A DNA stretch of 64,000 nucleotides from a bacterium (GTDB taxonomy: Bacteria > Patescibacteriota > Minisyncoccia > Phycocordibacterales > UBA5272). How positions within the stretch are numbered: position 1 is the stretch's first letter; each line of letters opens with the position of its first letter. The translations under genes were made by a program, and so were the position numbers. The notes below the pieces were generated by a model. That model did not search any database, had not been told where the DNA came from, and worked only from the letters and a program-made list of their open reading frames with translations. Positions 48,462-58,460 of this stretch are shown piece after piece. The stretch covers positions 68,652-132,651 of the forward strand of contig JAIXVU010000008.1 in assembly GCA_027482685.1 (NCBI GenBank), given 5' to 3'.

Positions 48462-49709
48462 TTACGCTAGTCCAATCAAAGGAGCTATATACGTAATAGA
48501 ATCTGACAATGAGTACATAGGGAGAAGAACTGCAGACACGAGTATTCCAACACCAAGTCCGAGCCCAACAATCATCGCAGGTTCAATAAGCCCGATAACA
48601 TTATCAATAGCAGTATCAAGCTCACGTTTATAAAACACCGCCAAGTTCTTAAGGATATAGCCGAGCTCTCCCGTCTCCTCTCCAATGCCCACCATTTGGA
48701 CGAGGATATTTGGCACTTCAGGCTCTTCATAGAGAGCTTTTGAAAACGATGTACCTGTTTGGACTTTTTTTGCAACACGGCGCATTAGGTCTTTGTGGAC
48801 AGTATTTTCTATAAGATCTGCGGTAATTTCTATTGCTCTCACAATAGGCACTCCACTTGAAAGCATTGTGTTCATGTTATCTGATAGTCGAGTAAGGAAT
48901 ATCTGCCGGTAGAGTGACTTAAATACTGGTGTCTTAAGTTTAACTTCATCGACTTTGTGACGACCTTCGTCTGTCTGTGCCCATCGATAAAAAAGCCAAC
49001 CAAGTACAATAAGTGTAGGAAATGTAATCGGACCATATTTAACGAAAAGATCAGAAATAGCGAGAACGATACGCGTTACAAGAGGAAGTGTTGCCCCCTG
49101 CTCTGCGAAAAGTGCTGCCATTTTAGGGATAACAAATGTGAGCATACCCACCATAATGAGCACAAACGTTCCTATGACAAAGGATGGGTAGGTAAGAGCT
49201 TTCTTTATCTTCTGGTTAAGTTCATACTCACGATCCATAAAGTCTGCAAGATAGAGGAATACTTCGTTTAACTTACCTGTTTCTTCGCCGGACTTTACCA
49301 TGTTCACATAAAATGGTGAGAAAAGTAGTGGTCGTCTAGAAAGGGCATCTGACAGAGAAACACCAGACTCGATATCATTAGATACACCGACTAACTGCTC
49401 TTGTAGAGTTTTGTTTTCGTTTTCGGCAGCGAGCAAGCGAAATCCTTTTAAAGCAGAGACACCCGCCTCGAAAAGAGTTGCGATCTGCCGAGAGAAGATC
49501 ACCACATCTTTAGGTTTTATTTTTTGTTTGAGCGCATCATTGAGCATTCTCTGTGGATCAAGAGAGAACCCTTGACCTTTTTCAGCAATATCAATAACAC
49601 TAATAGAACGCTTCTGAAGTAGAGATACTGCATCATCAATAGAAAGTGCCTCTATTTCGGCTTCTACTTTTGTATTTTCTATTGTTACACCACGATAATG
49701 AAAGAGCAT
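48462..49709 (-). CDS. pilC: type IV pilus platform protein (GspF/PilC family)
   Basis: Two T2SSF repeats, three TM segments, 415 aa. Confidence 0.88.
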   Translation of the reverse strand: MLFHYRGVTIENTKVEAEIEALSIDDAVSLLQKRSISVIDIAEKGQGFSLDPQRMLNDALKQKIKPKDVVIFSRQIATLFEAGVSALKGFRLLAAENENKTLQEQLVGVSNDIESGVSLSDALSRRPLLFSPFYVNMVKSGEETGKLNEVFLYLADFMDREYELNQKIKKALTYPSFVIGTFVLIMVGMLTFVIPKMAALFAEQGATLPLVTRIVLAISDLFVKYGPITFPTLIVLGWLFYRWAQTDEGRHKVDEVKLKTPVFKSLYRQIFLTRLSDNMNTMLSSGVPIVRAIEITADLIENTVHKDLMRRVAKKVQTGTSFSKALYEEPEVPNILVQMVGIGEETGELGYILKNLAVFYKRELDTAIDNVIGLIEPAMIVGLGLGVGILVSAVLLPMYSLSDSITYIAPLIGLA

Positions 49710-49718
49710 GGTATATGA

Positions 49719-50801
49719 TTATAAAAGTCTATCAAAAAGATTTTGTCTACGAGCAAATGCGCGTGCATCCTCTCTTGTAACCTCACCACGACGAACAAGC
49801 TCTGCAAGGTATCTATCAAGGTCAATCATACCCTCCTGTGAACCTGTCTCTATGAGTACGTCAATTTCGTGAGAGCGTCGCTCACGTATGAGATTAGCAA
49901 CTGCGGGGGTGTTGATGAGTAGTTCAAAGGCAGGAATAAGCCCTCCTGAGATACGAGGCACTAGCCTCTGAGACATAATACCAATAAGAGACGATGCTAA
50001 CTGTACACGTATCTGATCCTGTTGATCAGCGGGGAAACTATCAATAATACGGTCAACTGTCTGTGCTGCAGAGTTAGCATGGAGTGTGGACAGTACTAAG
50101 TGCCCTGTCTCAGCTGCAGTTACCGCGGTTGAGATAGTCTCTTTATCACGCATCTCCCCTATCATAATCACATCTGCATCTTGTCTGAAGATATGCGTAA
50201 GTGCAGTATTAAAGTCCGCCGTATCAACACCAACTTCTCGCTGCTCAATGAGGGATTTATCTTGAACGAAACGAAATTCTATCGGATCTTCAACGGTAAC
50301 GATGTGACGCTTGGACTCACTGTTTATCATGCCTATCATTGATGATAAGGTGGTTGACTTTCCTTGCCCAACAGGACCAACGACCAGGAAGAACCCTTGT
50401 CGCTCACGAGCTATTTGTATCACTTGTTCTGGTAAGTTAAGCTCATGAATAGAGCGAACCTTTGGAATAAGACGTAGCGCTATAGAGATAAACCCTCTTT
50501 GAAACGAGGCGTTTCCACGCAAACGATATTCGCCTTTGTGTTCGTAAGAAAAATCAAGTTCCTGCGAAACAACGAACTTCGTGAGTGCTTTTTCACTTAT
50601 CATAACTTTAAGCAATCCTACTGTATCCTCAGGAGTAAGTTCCTTCTTGCGAGTAAGAGGTATGAGATCGCGATCCACACGTAGAGTTGGGAACGCGCCA
50701 ACTGAAAAGTGAAGGTCTGACCCCGACTCTTTGATCAGTGTCATGATAAGATCATCTAGTTCAATTTCGTAATTCATAAAATAAATTGGTAGATAGTACA
50801 A
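49719..50801 (-). CDS. pilT: type IV pilus retraction ATPase PilT/PilU
   Basis: Walker A GPVGQGKSTT. Asp box. Walker B MIGEMRD. His box LVLSTLHANSAAQT. Confidence 0.85.
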   Translation of the reverse strand: MYYLPIYFMNYEIELDDLIMTLIKESGSDLHFSVGAFPTLRVDRDLIPLTRKKELTPEDTVGLLKVMISEKALTKFVVSQELDFSYEHKGEYRLRGNASFQRGFISIALRLIPKVRSIHELNLPEQVIQIARERQGFFLVVGPVGQGKSTTLSSMIGMINSESKRHIVTVEDPIEFRFVQDKSLIEQREVGVDTADFNTALTHIFRQDADVIMIGEMRDKETISTAVTAAETGHLVLSTLHANSAAQTVDRIIDSFPADQQDQIRVQLASSLIGIMSQRLVPRISGGLIPAFELLINTPAVANLIRERRSHEIDVLIETGSQEGMIDLDRYLAELVRRGEVTREDARAFARRQNLFDRLL

Positions 50802-50882
50802 GTAATGTACTGATAATAATTAGAGTATAGCAAGAGAACGTGCAAGTACAATTATATAGCCGTGGATAAAAAAGTCTGAGTA

Positions 50883-52646
50883 CTAAAGCTCATTAATTTC
50901 AGGAAATGGAATTTTACCTGCAATACATTTTATCATTGCATCTTCTTTTAGAGTAACCATGCCTTTTTTACGAGCAAGCTGCCAAATTGCCTCCTCACCT
51001 TTACTTCGCAAAATTGCCTCTTCAATATCCTTGTCAAAGGTTAATATCTCAAACACCGGCACACGCCCCTTCATACCAGTCGGGTACTGAGCATTTGGAA
51101 CTGCAGTGTGAAAAGGTCTATCAAGTTTGTATTTTATCTTAAACTCAGGAGGAAGATCAGCAAATGTTGTATCGATAAGTTTAGTAAGAGAAGCATTCAT
51201 CTCCATCGGCTCTGCACAACCTTCAGCAATTGCTCGTGATAGACGTTGACCAATGGTTGCTATAATAGTTGGCGCAATAAGATACGGCTCTATACCCATA
51301 TCCAATAGACGTGTGATAACACCGATTGCCGTGTTGGTGTGAATTGTGGAGAACACTAAGTGTCCAGTGAGTGCTGCTTGGATAGCAAGCTGGGCAGTTT
51401 CTGCATCTCGAATCTCTCCCACCATGATTACATCAGGATCTTGACGAAGAATAGAACGAAGGCCGGAGGCAAACGTATACCCAATTTCTGGGAACACCTG
51501 TGATTGGTTCATCCCAGGTACGTTGTATTCGATAGGGTCTTCAAGAGACACCACATTTCTATGTTCACGGTCAATTTCGTTTAACATCGCGTATAGCGTT
51601 GTTGTTTTTCCTGACCCTGTAGGACCTGAGATAAGCACCACACCGTATGGACGACCGAGCATGTCTCTTAACTGCTCCATTTGATGTTCAGAAAATCCAA
51701 GAGTGTTGACGGGACGAACTCCACGGTAACTATCCAAGATACGGATTACCACCTTTTCTCCATAATACCCAGGAAATGTCGATACACGGTAGTCAATTTT
51801 GTGATCACCGAACTTTGTACTGAATCGCCCGTCTTGTGGCTTACGCTTCTCATCAAGCTTCATGGAACACAGAATTTTAATACGAGCAACTATCATCGGA
51901 TGTAACTTAGGTGGAAGAGACGTAACGATATCAAGACGTCCATCCATACGACAACGAGCTCGAACCGATGCTCCAACATGCTCAATGTGTATATCAGATG
52001 CCCCGTTATCAATAGCATAACGAAGTATAGTACTAAATATCTCAGGTACAGGTAGTTTTGCCAGATCTTTATCAAGGCCACTAGTTATTGATTCTAAGTC
52101 AATTTCTTTTGAGTCATCATCTTTTGAAACACCATCTTTTACAACATAGGAAAGTGTTGCAGCATCATCAATCTTAGTTGTAATACTTGCTTTTTCTCCT
52201 TCATCTGTGATCCCAAAGTGTTTTTTGTAACCGCTGTATGGAATTAAAAATACTTTATACGGTGTGTGGTCTGTTCCAAAAAGAAACTGAAGGCTATCGA
52301 GTACGTTTGCATGATCAGGGTCGACTATCCCAACAAGCAAAACTCCTTCTTTCATTTCAAGAGGGGTTGCGAGGAATTGTTTTGATTGAGCAACGCTTAC
52401 ATATTTAGTAAGGTCACTATTTTCTTTTATCTCATCTTTATATATCGGTAATCCGTAGAGAATATTACGAATATCAAGTATCTCGGCTTCTGTTATATTT
52501 TTCTTAAGTAAAACATCATCAATAACCGCATCTTCACGCGTTGCTAAATCAGCAGCTATTTCTTCTGCTTCTTTTTCTGTTAACTTATTTTGACTAACGA
52601 AGAGGTCGAGAAGAAGCATAAGGTAAGAATGGGTCCAAACGTCCAC
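50883..52646 (-). CDS. pilB: type IV pilus assembly ATPase PilB/GspE
   Basis: Walker A LISGPTGSGKTTTLYA. MVGEIRD. VFSTIHTN. 587 aa with an N-terminal GSPII domain. Confidence 0.9.
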   Translation of the reverse strand: MDVWTHSYLMLLLDLFVSQNKLTEKEAEEIAADLATREDAVIDDVLLKKNITEAEILDIRNILYGLPIYKDEIKENSDLTKYVSVAQSKQFLATPLEMKEGVLLVGIVDPDHANVLDSLQFLFGTDHTPYKVFLIPYSGYKKHFGITDEGEKASITTKIDDAATLSYVVKDGVSKDDDSKEIDLESITSGLDKDLAKLPVPEIFSTILRYAIDNGASDIHIEHVGASVRARCRMDGRLDIVTSLPPKLHPMIVARIKILCSMKLDEKRKPQDGRFSTKFGDHKIDYRVSTFPGYYGEKVVIRILDSYRGVRPVNTLGFSEHQMEQLRDMLGRPYGVVLISGPTGSGKTTTLYAMLNEIDREHRNVVSLEDPIEYNVPGMNQSQVFPEIGYTFASGLRSILRQDPDVIMVGEIRDAETAQLAIQAALTGHLVFSTIHTNTAIGVITRLLDMGIEPYLIAPTIIATIGQRLSRAIAEGCAEPMEMNASLTKLIDTTFADLPPEFKIKYKLDRPFHTAVPNAQYPTGMKGRVPVFEILTFDKDIEEAILRSKGEEAIWQLARKKGMVTLKEDAMIKCIAGKIPFPEINEL

Positions 52647-52932
52647 GAGTGGCGTTTGGAGATATTACCTCAGAGTAATCATCAAGCATTTCTACAAGAG
52701 GGGAGGACATAAATGAAACATCTTTAAACGAAATCTTTTCTCGTGAAGTAACATTGATGAAACTAATAAAATTAGCACTAAGTAATTTATCACCTCCAGT
52801 AACTGATATGGTGGTTGTCTCACCCAGAATAAACCTATCGTATAAGTAATACCCCCCAGCAAATACAGCAATAAGAATAAAAACTTCTATAATAATGGTC
52901 TTCTGTTTTGGTGAAATAGATGGTGTTGTCAT
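52594..52932 (-). CDS. small membrane-anchored protein in the PilP position (RDPF-like motif GRLDPF)
   Basis: N-terminal TM helix. RGRLDPFLPY near the C-terminus. Lies between pilO and pilB. Confidence 0.4.
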   Translation of the reverse strand: MTTPSISPKQKTIIIEVFILIAVFAGGYYLYDRFILGETTTISVTGGDKLLSANFISFINVTSREKISFKDVSFMSSPLVEMLDDYSEVISPNATRGRLDPFLPYASSRPLR

Positions 52933-52942
52933 ACTATGTTAT

Positions 52943-53494
52943 TTACTTTATATAAAAAGTGTTAAATCTTACTCTAAATTCTATAGAATCTGGATTTTTC
53001 TCTGAGGCTCCAAATGAGACAGATTCTATTTGAAAGAGCCTAAGATTGGTTTCAAATAGTCTTATAAGATCTTTAAATCTTGGATACGACGTCGTTACCG
53101 AAAAACCAACACCATAGACACCTGGTACTCCCGCTGCTGGTTTTGTAAGCTCTGAAACATTTAAGTCTTTAAGGGTAACATTAATAATATTTGCCATATT
53201 AACCATTTCACTTAAAAGACGAGTACGATCTATCGTGTCCGGAACCATTAGTTTTAGTTTTTCTTTGTCACTACCACTAATTTTTTCATAGTCTTTTTTT
53301 AGATCATCTGCTTGTTTTACTATTTCTTCTGCACGAATAATAGCTTGAACATACTGCTGTTTTTCTACTTTGAGTTTAGAGATACTTTTCGGTTGCCAAA
53401 GAGTACCCTCACCGCTATAAAGCGGATTAATGACAAAATAATACAGAGCTCCAGCTAATAGTAATAAAAGTGTAATAAGTAATTTAGGTGACAT
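52943..53494 (-). CDS. pilO: PilO-like pilus assembly protein
   Basis: N-terminal TM helix then coiled-coil. Operon position after the pilN-like gene. Confidence 0.65.
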   Translation of the reverse strand: MSPKLLITLLLLLAGALYYFVINPLYSGEGTLWQPKSISKLKVEKQQYVQAIIRAEEIVKQADDLKKDYEKISGSDKEKLKLMVPDTIDRTRLLSEMVNMANIINVTLKDLNVSELTKPAAGVPGVYGVGFSVTTSYPRFKDLIRLFETNLRLFQIESVSFGASEKNPDSIEFRVRFNTFYIK

Positions 53495-53496
53495 GG

Positions 53497-54153
53497 CTAC
53501 TGGGCTTGATTAACTGAAGGAACTTGTCGGGTTTCATTGTTTGTCTTAATAATAAACTCCTCAGGCAATATTTTCTTTATAAGAATAGTAGATTTTATAG
53601 AAAAATTTACCGTTCCTTTTTCGTCTGCACTAACACCACTAAACGTAAGATCAGGCATATAGTCTGAGTATGGCTTATTTTTAAGTGTTTCCTGTTGCTG
53701 AATAACCGTCTTATAGTCAGGTGACTTAGCAGCAATCACGATACTATAGCTTTCTTTTGTTTGCTCACGTTTAAAATCGAACTGAGAATACGTTATTGGA
53801 TGTTCTATGCTATCTTCTAAAATACGAAATGCTGTTGCAACTGACGCATGCTCTGTAACTAGTTTTTTTGCTACTTTCATGCGTGCTGATAACACTATCA
53901 TGTCGTTAATCGGCAAATCTTGTAATCGCGTATCATACTGTGCAAGCTTAGTTTGTTGTTCTGTTACATCCCTTTGGAGTTTCTGTTGATACAAAAACAA
54001 GACTAAAGATAGAACCAGAGTAACCCCAAAAACAACTGCTGCAAGAAACGTGAATAAGCTACTCTTTGATTCTTTGAAGCGATTGGTTAACCCCTCTGCC
54101 GAAAGAGTTGGTGGTGGTGTCGTATCTTGAGTTGGTTTAAATGAAAACGGCAT
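53497..54153 (-). CDS. pilN: PilN-like pilus assembly protein
   Basis: A single TM helix FTFLAAVVFGVTLVLSLVLFLY then coiled-coil. Follows pilM. Confidence 0.65.
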   Translation of the reverse strand: MPFSFKPTQDTTPPPTLSAEGLTNRFKESKSSLFTFLAAVVFGVTLVLSLVLFLYQQKLQRDVTEQQTKLAQYDTRLQDLPINDMIVLSARMKVAKKLVTEHASVATAFRILEDSIEHPITYSQFDFKREQTKESYSIVIAAKSPDYKTVIQQQETLKNKPYSDYMPDLTFSGVSADEKGTVNFSIKSTILIKKILPEEFIIKTNNETRQVPSVNQAQ

Positions 54154-54156
54154 GAA

Positions 54157-55245
54157 TTATTTTTGAGGAACTAGCTTCTTTAAGGCACATCCGATAGCTA
54201 CTGCATATGTTGGACCGACTTTTTGTATCATATCATGCAAAAAATCTGGCACGCTTATCTGGTCAAACGGTGTCGCTATCCTTCCTGGGATGTGCACCGT
54301 CTGATCATATGCACCGAGTAGCCCTGGGACTCTTGCTCCGCCTCCAACCAAAATTATTCCTTCTATCACTTGATTATACTTTTTTTCATACATCAAAGAT
54401 AGACGTGCGACCTCACCAAACAGTGGATAACTAGAAAGTTGCATCACATCCTTAAGATATGGATTAGATGCATCTCCTAAGTATCCGAAGCGACGTTTAG
54501 CTTCTTCAGCTGTTTCAATTGAAAGTGAAAGCGCCTTAGCTAGTTGTGCGGTGCTCTGTTGTGACCCCCTACTAATCACATGCATATCAAGTACAGTACT
54601 TTGGTATACAAGTGATAGTGTTGTAAACTGCGCTCCTATATCAACGTACAAAATCATTGCTTGTGTAAGTGGTGGACTGCTCCGCATAAGACTATATCCA
54701 GGTATTTCATAATCAACAGAAGTAAACTCAAGTTTTGTTGTTATTCTTTCGTAGAGATTAAGTGTATCGTTCTTAACAGCAGCGAGAACTACGTTCATCA
54801 TTCGTTCATCAACCTTTATCTCTGAACTATCCGGTATGTGCCACCAGTCCATCTGTACTTCGGTAAGCGGAACTGGAATATATTTCTTAGCTTCAAACGC
54901 CATCATTGTTTTTAGTTGAGTATCATCAACCTTTGGAACTTTAATGAGTGAGACGAATGCTCCTGACGGATCAATAGAAACAACTGCATTTTTTGCAGTT
55001 ATTTTTGCGGCAGCGAAAAGATCACGCATAACTTCTATGAACTTATCCTCCCCGAGGTGAGTGGTCTGGCCTGCAATAAGACCCATATAAGGACCGAGCT
55101 CAACCTCCCCATATGTGTCTAAAATAATCTTTTCTTTTTCGCGACGTAGCTGTACTACTTTTATAGATGACGAACCTATATCAATACCAATCGCTTGAGC
55201 AACATCCTCTTTTTTGAAAAAACTAAACATACTACTAGTATACAT
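54157..55245 (-). CDS. pilM: type IV pilus assembly ATPase-like protein PilM (actin fold)
   Basis: IGIDIGSSSIKVVQL at the N-terminus. 362 aa. Confidence 0.85.
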   Translation of the reverse strand: MYTSSMFSFFKKEDVAQAIGIDIGSSSIKVVQLRREKEKIILDTYGEVELGPYMGLIAGQTTHLGEDKFIEVMRDLFAAAKITAKNAVVSIDPSGAFVSLIKVPKVDDTQLKTMMAFEAKKYIPVPLTEVQMDWWHIPDSSEIKVDERMMNVVLAAVKNDTLNLYERITTKLEFTSVDYEIPGYSLMRSSPPLTQAMILYVDIGAQFTTLSLVYQSTVLDMHVISRGSQQSTAQLAKALSLSIETAEEAKRRFGYLGDASNPYLKDVMQLSSYPLFGEVARLSLMYEKKYNQVIEGIILVGGGARVPGLLGAYDQTVHIPGRIATPFDQISVPDFLHDMIQKVGPTYAVAIGCALKKLVPQK

Positions 55246-55283
55246 CGTTTAATGATATAGTTTATAGCGTATACACTTCTATT

Positions 55284-55913
55284 ATGTGGATGATACGTAA
55301 GACACTACAGTCACTAAGCAGCATACTCTTCCCACCTCTTTGCTATATATGTAAAAAAAGAGATGCGCTATTGTGTAGATCTTGCATCTCCTCACTTGCA
55401 CGCTCAATAGATACTGAGTCTTTATATATTTATAGTAGTTTTAGCTATCGTGACCCACATATAAAAAAAATTTTACACGCAATCAAGTACTTCCACAAAA
55501 AAGACTTACTTAATCCCCTAGCATTAGTACTTGCGGAAGATATGAAAAAACAAGGATACTCTGGACTACTAATTCCAGTGCCCATGTCTCCAGTGCGTAA
55601 ATACATACGTGGCTACAATCAAGCTGAAGAACTTACAAAAATACTCTCTCGTATAACTGGACTACCTTATGCTACCGGTATCCTTAAACGCTCACTCATA
55701 ACAAAACGGCAAGTAACAATGTCTACAAAGAAGGAAAGGCTACAAAATCCAAAGCGAACCTTTCACCTTACATCAAAAAAAGACATCTTAAAAAATAAAA
55801 ATATAATACTTGTTGATGATATAACAACAACAGGAGCAACACTTAGTGAAGCTCGTAGCATGTTACTTGGTGCGGGTGCGAAAAATGTGCAAGCAGTCAC
55901 GCTTGCACATTAA
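55284..55913 (+). CDS. comFC: ComF-family phosphoribosyltransferase (ComFC-like competence protein)
   Basis: Double zinc ribbon CYICKKRDALLCRSC. PRTase motif IILVDDITTTGATLSEA. Confidence 0.75.
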   Translation: MWMIRKTLQSLSSILFPPLCYICKKRDALLCRSCISSLARSIDTESLYIYSSFSYRDPHIKKILHAIKYFHKKDLLNPLALVLAEDMKKQGYSGLLIPVPMSPVRKYIRGYNQAEELTKILSRITGLPYATGILKRSLITKRQVTMSTKKERLQNPKRTFHLTSKKDILKNKNIILVDDITTTGATLSEARSMLLGAGAKNVQAVTLAH

Positions 55914-55938
55914 TCTGCATACTATTATTAACCCTCTC

Positions 55939-56601
55939 TTACTGCTGAACTTCCTGTACCTCTTTAGCCCCTAAGAAGACCCGCGCAACTGCACGCAGAA
56001 AGTCTGCCTGAATCCCAATCTGTGCTAGAAAAGACTCTTGCACGCCTTTATCTTCAAGTATTCTAGTTACATTATCAGTTGTCGTACCACTAAGAATACG
56101 TTGTACCAATCCTCTTTCACTGCCTTTATCATCTCGTCTTAGAACACCAGTGTTTGAGGTAGTGGTACCAGTGAGCGCTACAACCTTGGCCATGTACGTG
56201 TCACGGACTTTTTCTATCTCTTTTACCGCGTCTTGATGAAGAACAAGTAACTTCGCATTTAGTTCTTGATTACCAGTAACAACTGGGAGGCCGAGTAAAA
56301 TAGCATGCCCATCACGCCCACTTTTTGCATCTTCACTAGCTTTACCGGATGATACAGCTTGACCTTCTCGTTTCTCCATACGCTTATCCTGTGCGACTGT
56401 TGGACGTGGAGGAACTGCTGTGGTGCTTGCTTGAACGCGTGCTTCTCCATAACCCTTGATTGGTACAAGCTTAGTCTCAACTACTCCTCTTTGGCCTTCT
56501 TGTTGTGGCTCTTCGTGAGGAATACCAGTATCATGAGCAAATACTGATGATGCAACCAAAAAAACACTTAAAAATGCAGCATAAGATACTATTTTTTTCA
56601 T
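55939..56601 (-). CDS. hypothetical secreted protein
   Basis: Signal peptide MKKIVSYAAFLSVFLVASSVFA. Confidence 0.45.
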   Translation of the reverse strand: MKKIVSYAAFLSVFLVASSVFAHDTGIPHEEPQQEGQRGVVETKLVPIKGYGEARVQASTTAVPPRPTVAQDKRMEKREGQAVSSGKASEDAKSGRDGHAILLGLPVVTGNQELNAKLLVLHQDAVKEIEKVRDTYMAKVVALTGTTTSNTGVLRRDDKGSERGLVQRILSGTTTDNVTRILEDKGVQESFLAQIGIQADFLRAVARVFLGAKEVQEVQQ

Positions 56602-56751
56602 ATACCGAATAGTTTAGTATAAATACCTTAATTACGCTAGTTATACACCTAGTAGCCACATGACATATGGTAATTTCTTATAAATGTTCTACACTTATTA
56701 TTGTTAGGGGTATTTAATAGTTTGCATAATAACCTACAAGATAATAATCTT

Positions 56752-57264
56752 ATGGACAATACACATACACATAGTGAGCATGCTCACGGGGAGCATCATC
56801 ATACAAAAAAGAAATTAGTGCATCACGCAGAATCTCTTGAAACTTGGCTTGCTTCTATATTCAAAGATGCGCCACACATCCCAGATGGAGGGCGCAAAGT
56901 CATTGCGGATATATTACCTTGGCTTGCGGTAATATTTGGGGTTCTTGGCATCATAGCTCTCTTCTCTGCGGGAGTTGTCAGCCTTGTGCTATCTCCACTT
57001 ATTGTACTTAGTGGCGGAGCATACGGTATTTATCTCTTCATTAGTATTGTTTTAGGACTTGCATCATCTGTGCTTTCTTTCCTTTCATTTAATCCACTTC
57101 GTGAAATGAAGAAAAAAGGCTGGGATCTAACTTTTTATTCACTTATTATAAGTGCTATCTCAACCGTTGTATCACTTGTCTTTATGATGGGCGGACTAGG
57201 AGGGATACTTGGGGCTGTCATTGGTGCGTATCTCATCTTTGAAATTAGAGGAATGTACCACTAA
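56752..57264 (+). CDS. hypothetical membrane protein with a His-rich N-terminus (HTHSEHAHGEHHH)
   Basis: Three or four TM helices. The ORF extends to 56701. Confidence 0.5.
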   Translation: MDNTHTHSEHAHGEHHHTKKKLVHHAESLETWLASIFKDAPHIPDGGRKVIADILPWLAVIFGVLGIIALFSAGVVSLVLSPLIVLSGGAYGIYLFISIVLGLASSVLSFLSFNPLREMKKKGWDLTFYSLIISAISTVVSLVFMMGGLGGILGAVIGAYLIFEIRGMYH

Positions 57265-57295
57265 AGATATAGTTGACTATCTGTAACTAGGATGT

Positions 57296-57324
57296 AAAGA
57301 GCGGCGCCTACGGCGCCGCTCTTT
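57296..57324. terminator. GC-palindrome terminator AAAGAGCGGCGCC-tac-GGCGCCGCTCTTT between convergent genes
   Basis: Perfect stem. Shares the GGCGCCTACGGCGCC core with the element at 14067-14091. Confidence 0.7.
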
Positions 57325-57352
57325 ACCTTCACACTTCTACAACCAACCAGCA

Positions 57353-58297
57353 TTACTGCACTTCTATGTAGTAGTCTTTACTTCCGTAAAGTGTATATCC
57401 TTCCGCTGTTTTCTTCGCGTACACTTTTGCACGCGCACCAATTTTATTCTCAACTGATCCAAAATCAGGAATACCGGTAACACTTCCCACTATTGCTTGT
57501 GACCAGCCTATTGTAGTAACCACCTTCTTATCATCTACCGTGATACTGCATTCCCCATCTGCAAAACAAGCGGTCGAATATGCAGTGATAATACCTTCAA
57601 AACGTTCTTCAGGCGCTGATTGTGCTATTATTTTTTTATTCAACTCTTTTCTCGTTAATGGACCAACATACCCGGTTGGCGGTATTCCATTTGATCTTTG
57701 GAACATCTGCACAGAAGCATATGTAGCCCGTCCAAAATACCCGGTTGCAGGAGTCTTAAGATACCCTTCTTGTATAAGGATAGTTTGTAGAGCTATGACA
57801 TGCATACCTCGTGACCCTAGCCAGAGATTTCTTGTTATTTGAACATTAGTACCATTATTTCCACCGCTATCTCCTCTACTCTTTGTAACGAACTCTACAG
57901 ACAGACTCTGGTACTCATTTGTAGGGCACGGTGTTGTGATACATCTAATTGTATTATCTCGTTTATAGACTACTGTGTATGAAGTGTTCGGATTCAGATT
58001 GCCCACTGTCACTTCTGTACGACCGACTTCAGTTTTCTTAGGGAGACACGCCTCTGGTGTTGGGTAGATTGCGATGCATACTTTATTTGTTTCAAAATAT
58101 TCAAAGTAAACCCCGCTTCTTTCTTCTTGTGTGATATCTCCAAGCACCTGTGGTGAAAGTGAGAACGTAGCTCGTGTATCACCAACTTGAGATACAGTAG
58201 GCCCGTTGAAGTATCTTGCGGTCTCTTTTTGAGAAAATGCAGACGAAGTAGCAAGTGATAGTGCAATTCCTGCAATGATAACAACTAATTTTTTCAT
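57353..58297 (-). CDS. secreted protein with a peptidoglycan-binding (PG_binding_1-like) domain
   Basis: Signal peptide. LWLGSRGMHVIALQTILIQEGYL...GYFGRATYASVQMFQRSNGIPPTGYVGPLT. Confidence 0.6.
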   Translation of the reverse strand: MKKLVVIIAGIALSLATSSAFSQKETARYFNGPTVSQVGDTRATFSLSPQVLGDITQEERSGVYFEYFETNKVCIAIYPTPEACLPKKTEVGRTEVTVGNLNPNTSYTVVYKRDNTIRCITTPCPTNEYQSLSVEFVTKSRGDSGGNNGTNVQITRNLWLGSRGMHVIALQTILIQEGYLKTPATGYFGRATYASVQMFQRSNGIPPTGYVGPLTRKELNKKIIAQSAPEERFEGIITAYSTACFADGECSITVDDKKVVTTIGWSQAIVGSVTGIPDFGSVENKIGARAKVYAKKTAEGYTLYGSKDYYIEVQ

Positions 58298-58460
58298 GCG
58301 TTATATAGATAGTGTAAATAATAATGGAAAATAAACAGCCTAAAGATTATTTTAAGCCCTTTCATGTAGTATAACAATCTAGCTCTATTCTTGTGACACT
58401 CTTAGTCTAACTAGATATCTTCATCCTTACTAATTATTCCTCATAGACAAAAGATACCAA

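Noticed and set aside
52594-52646. 52-nt overlap between the PilP-like ORF and pilB as evidence of a frameshift
   Set aside because: pilB may simply start at an internal Met. There is no evidence of a disrupted frame.
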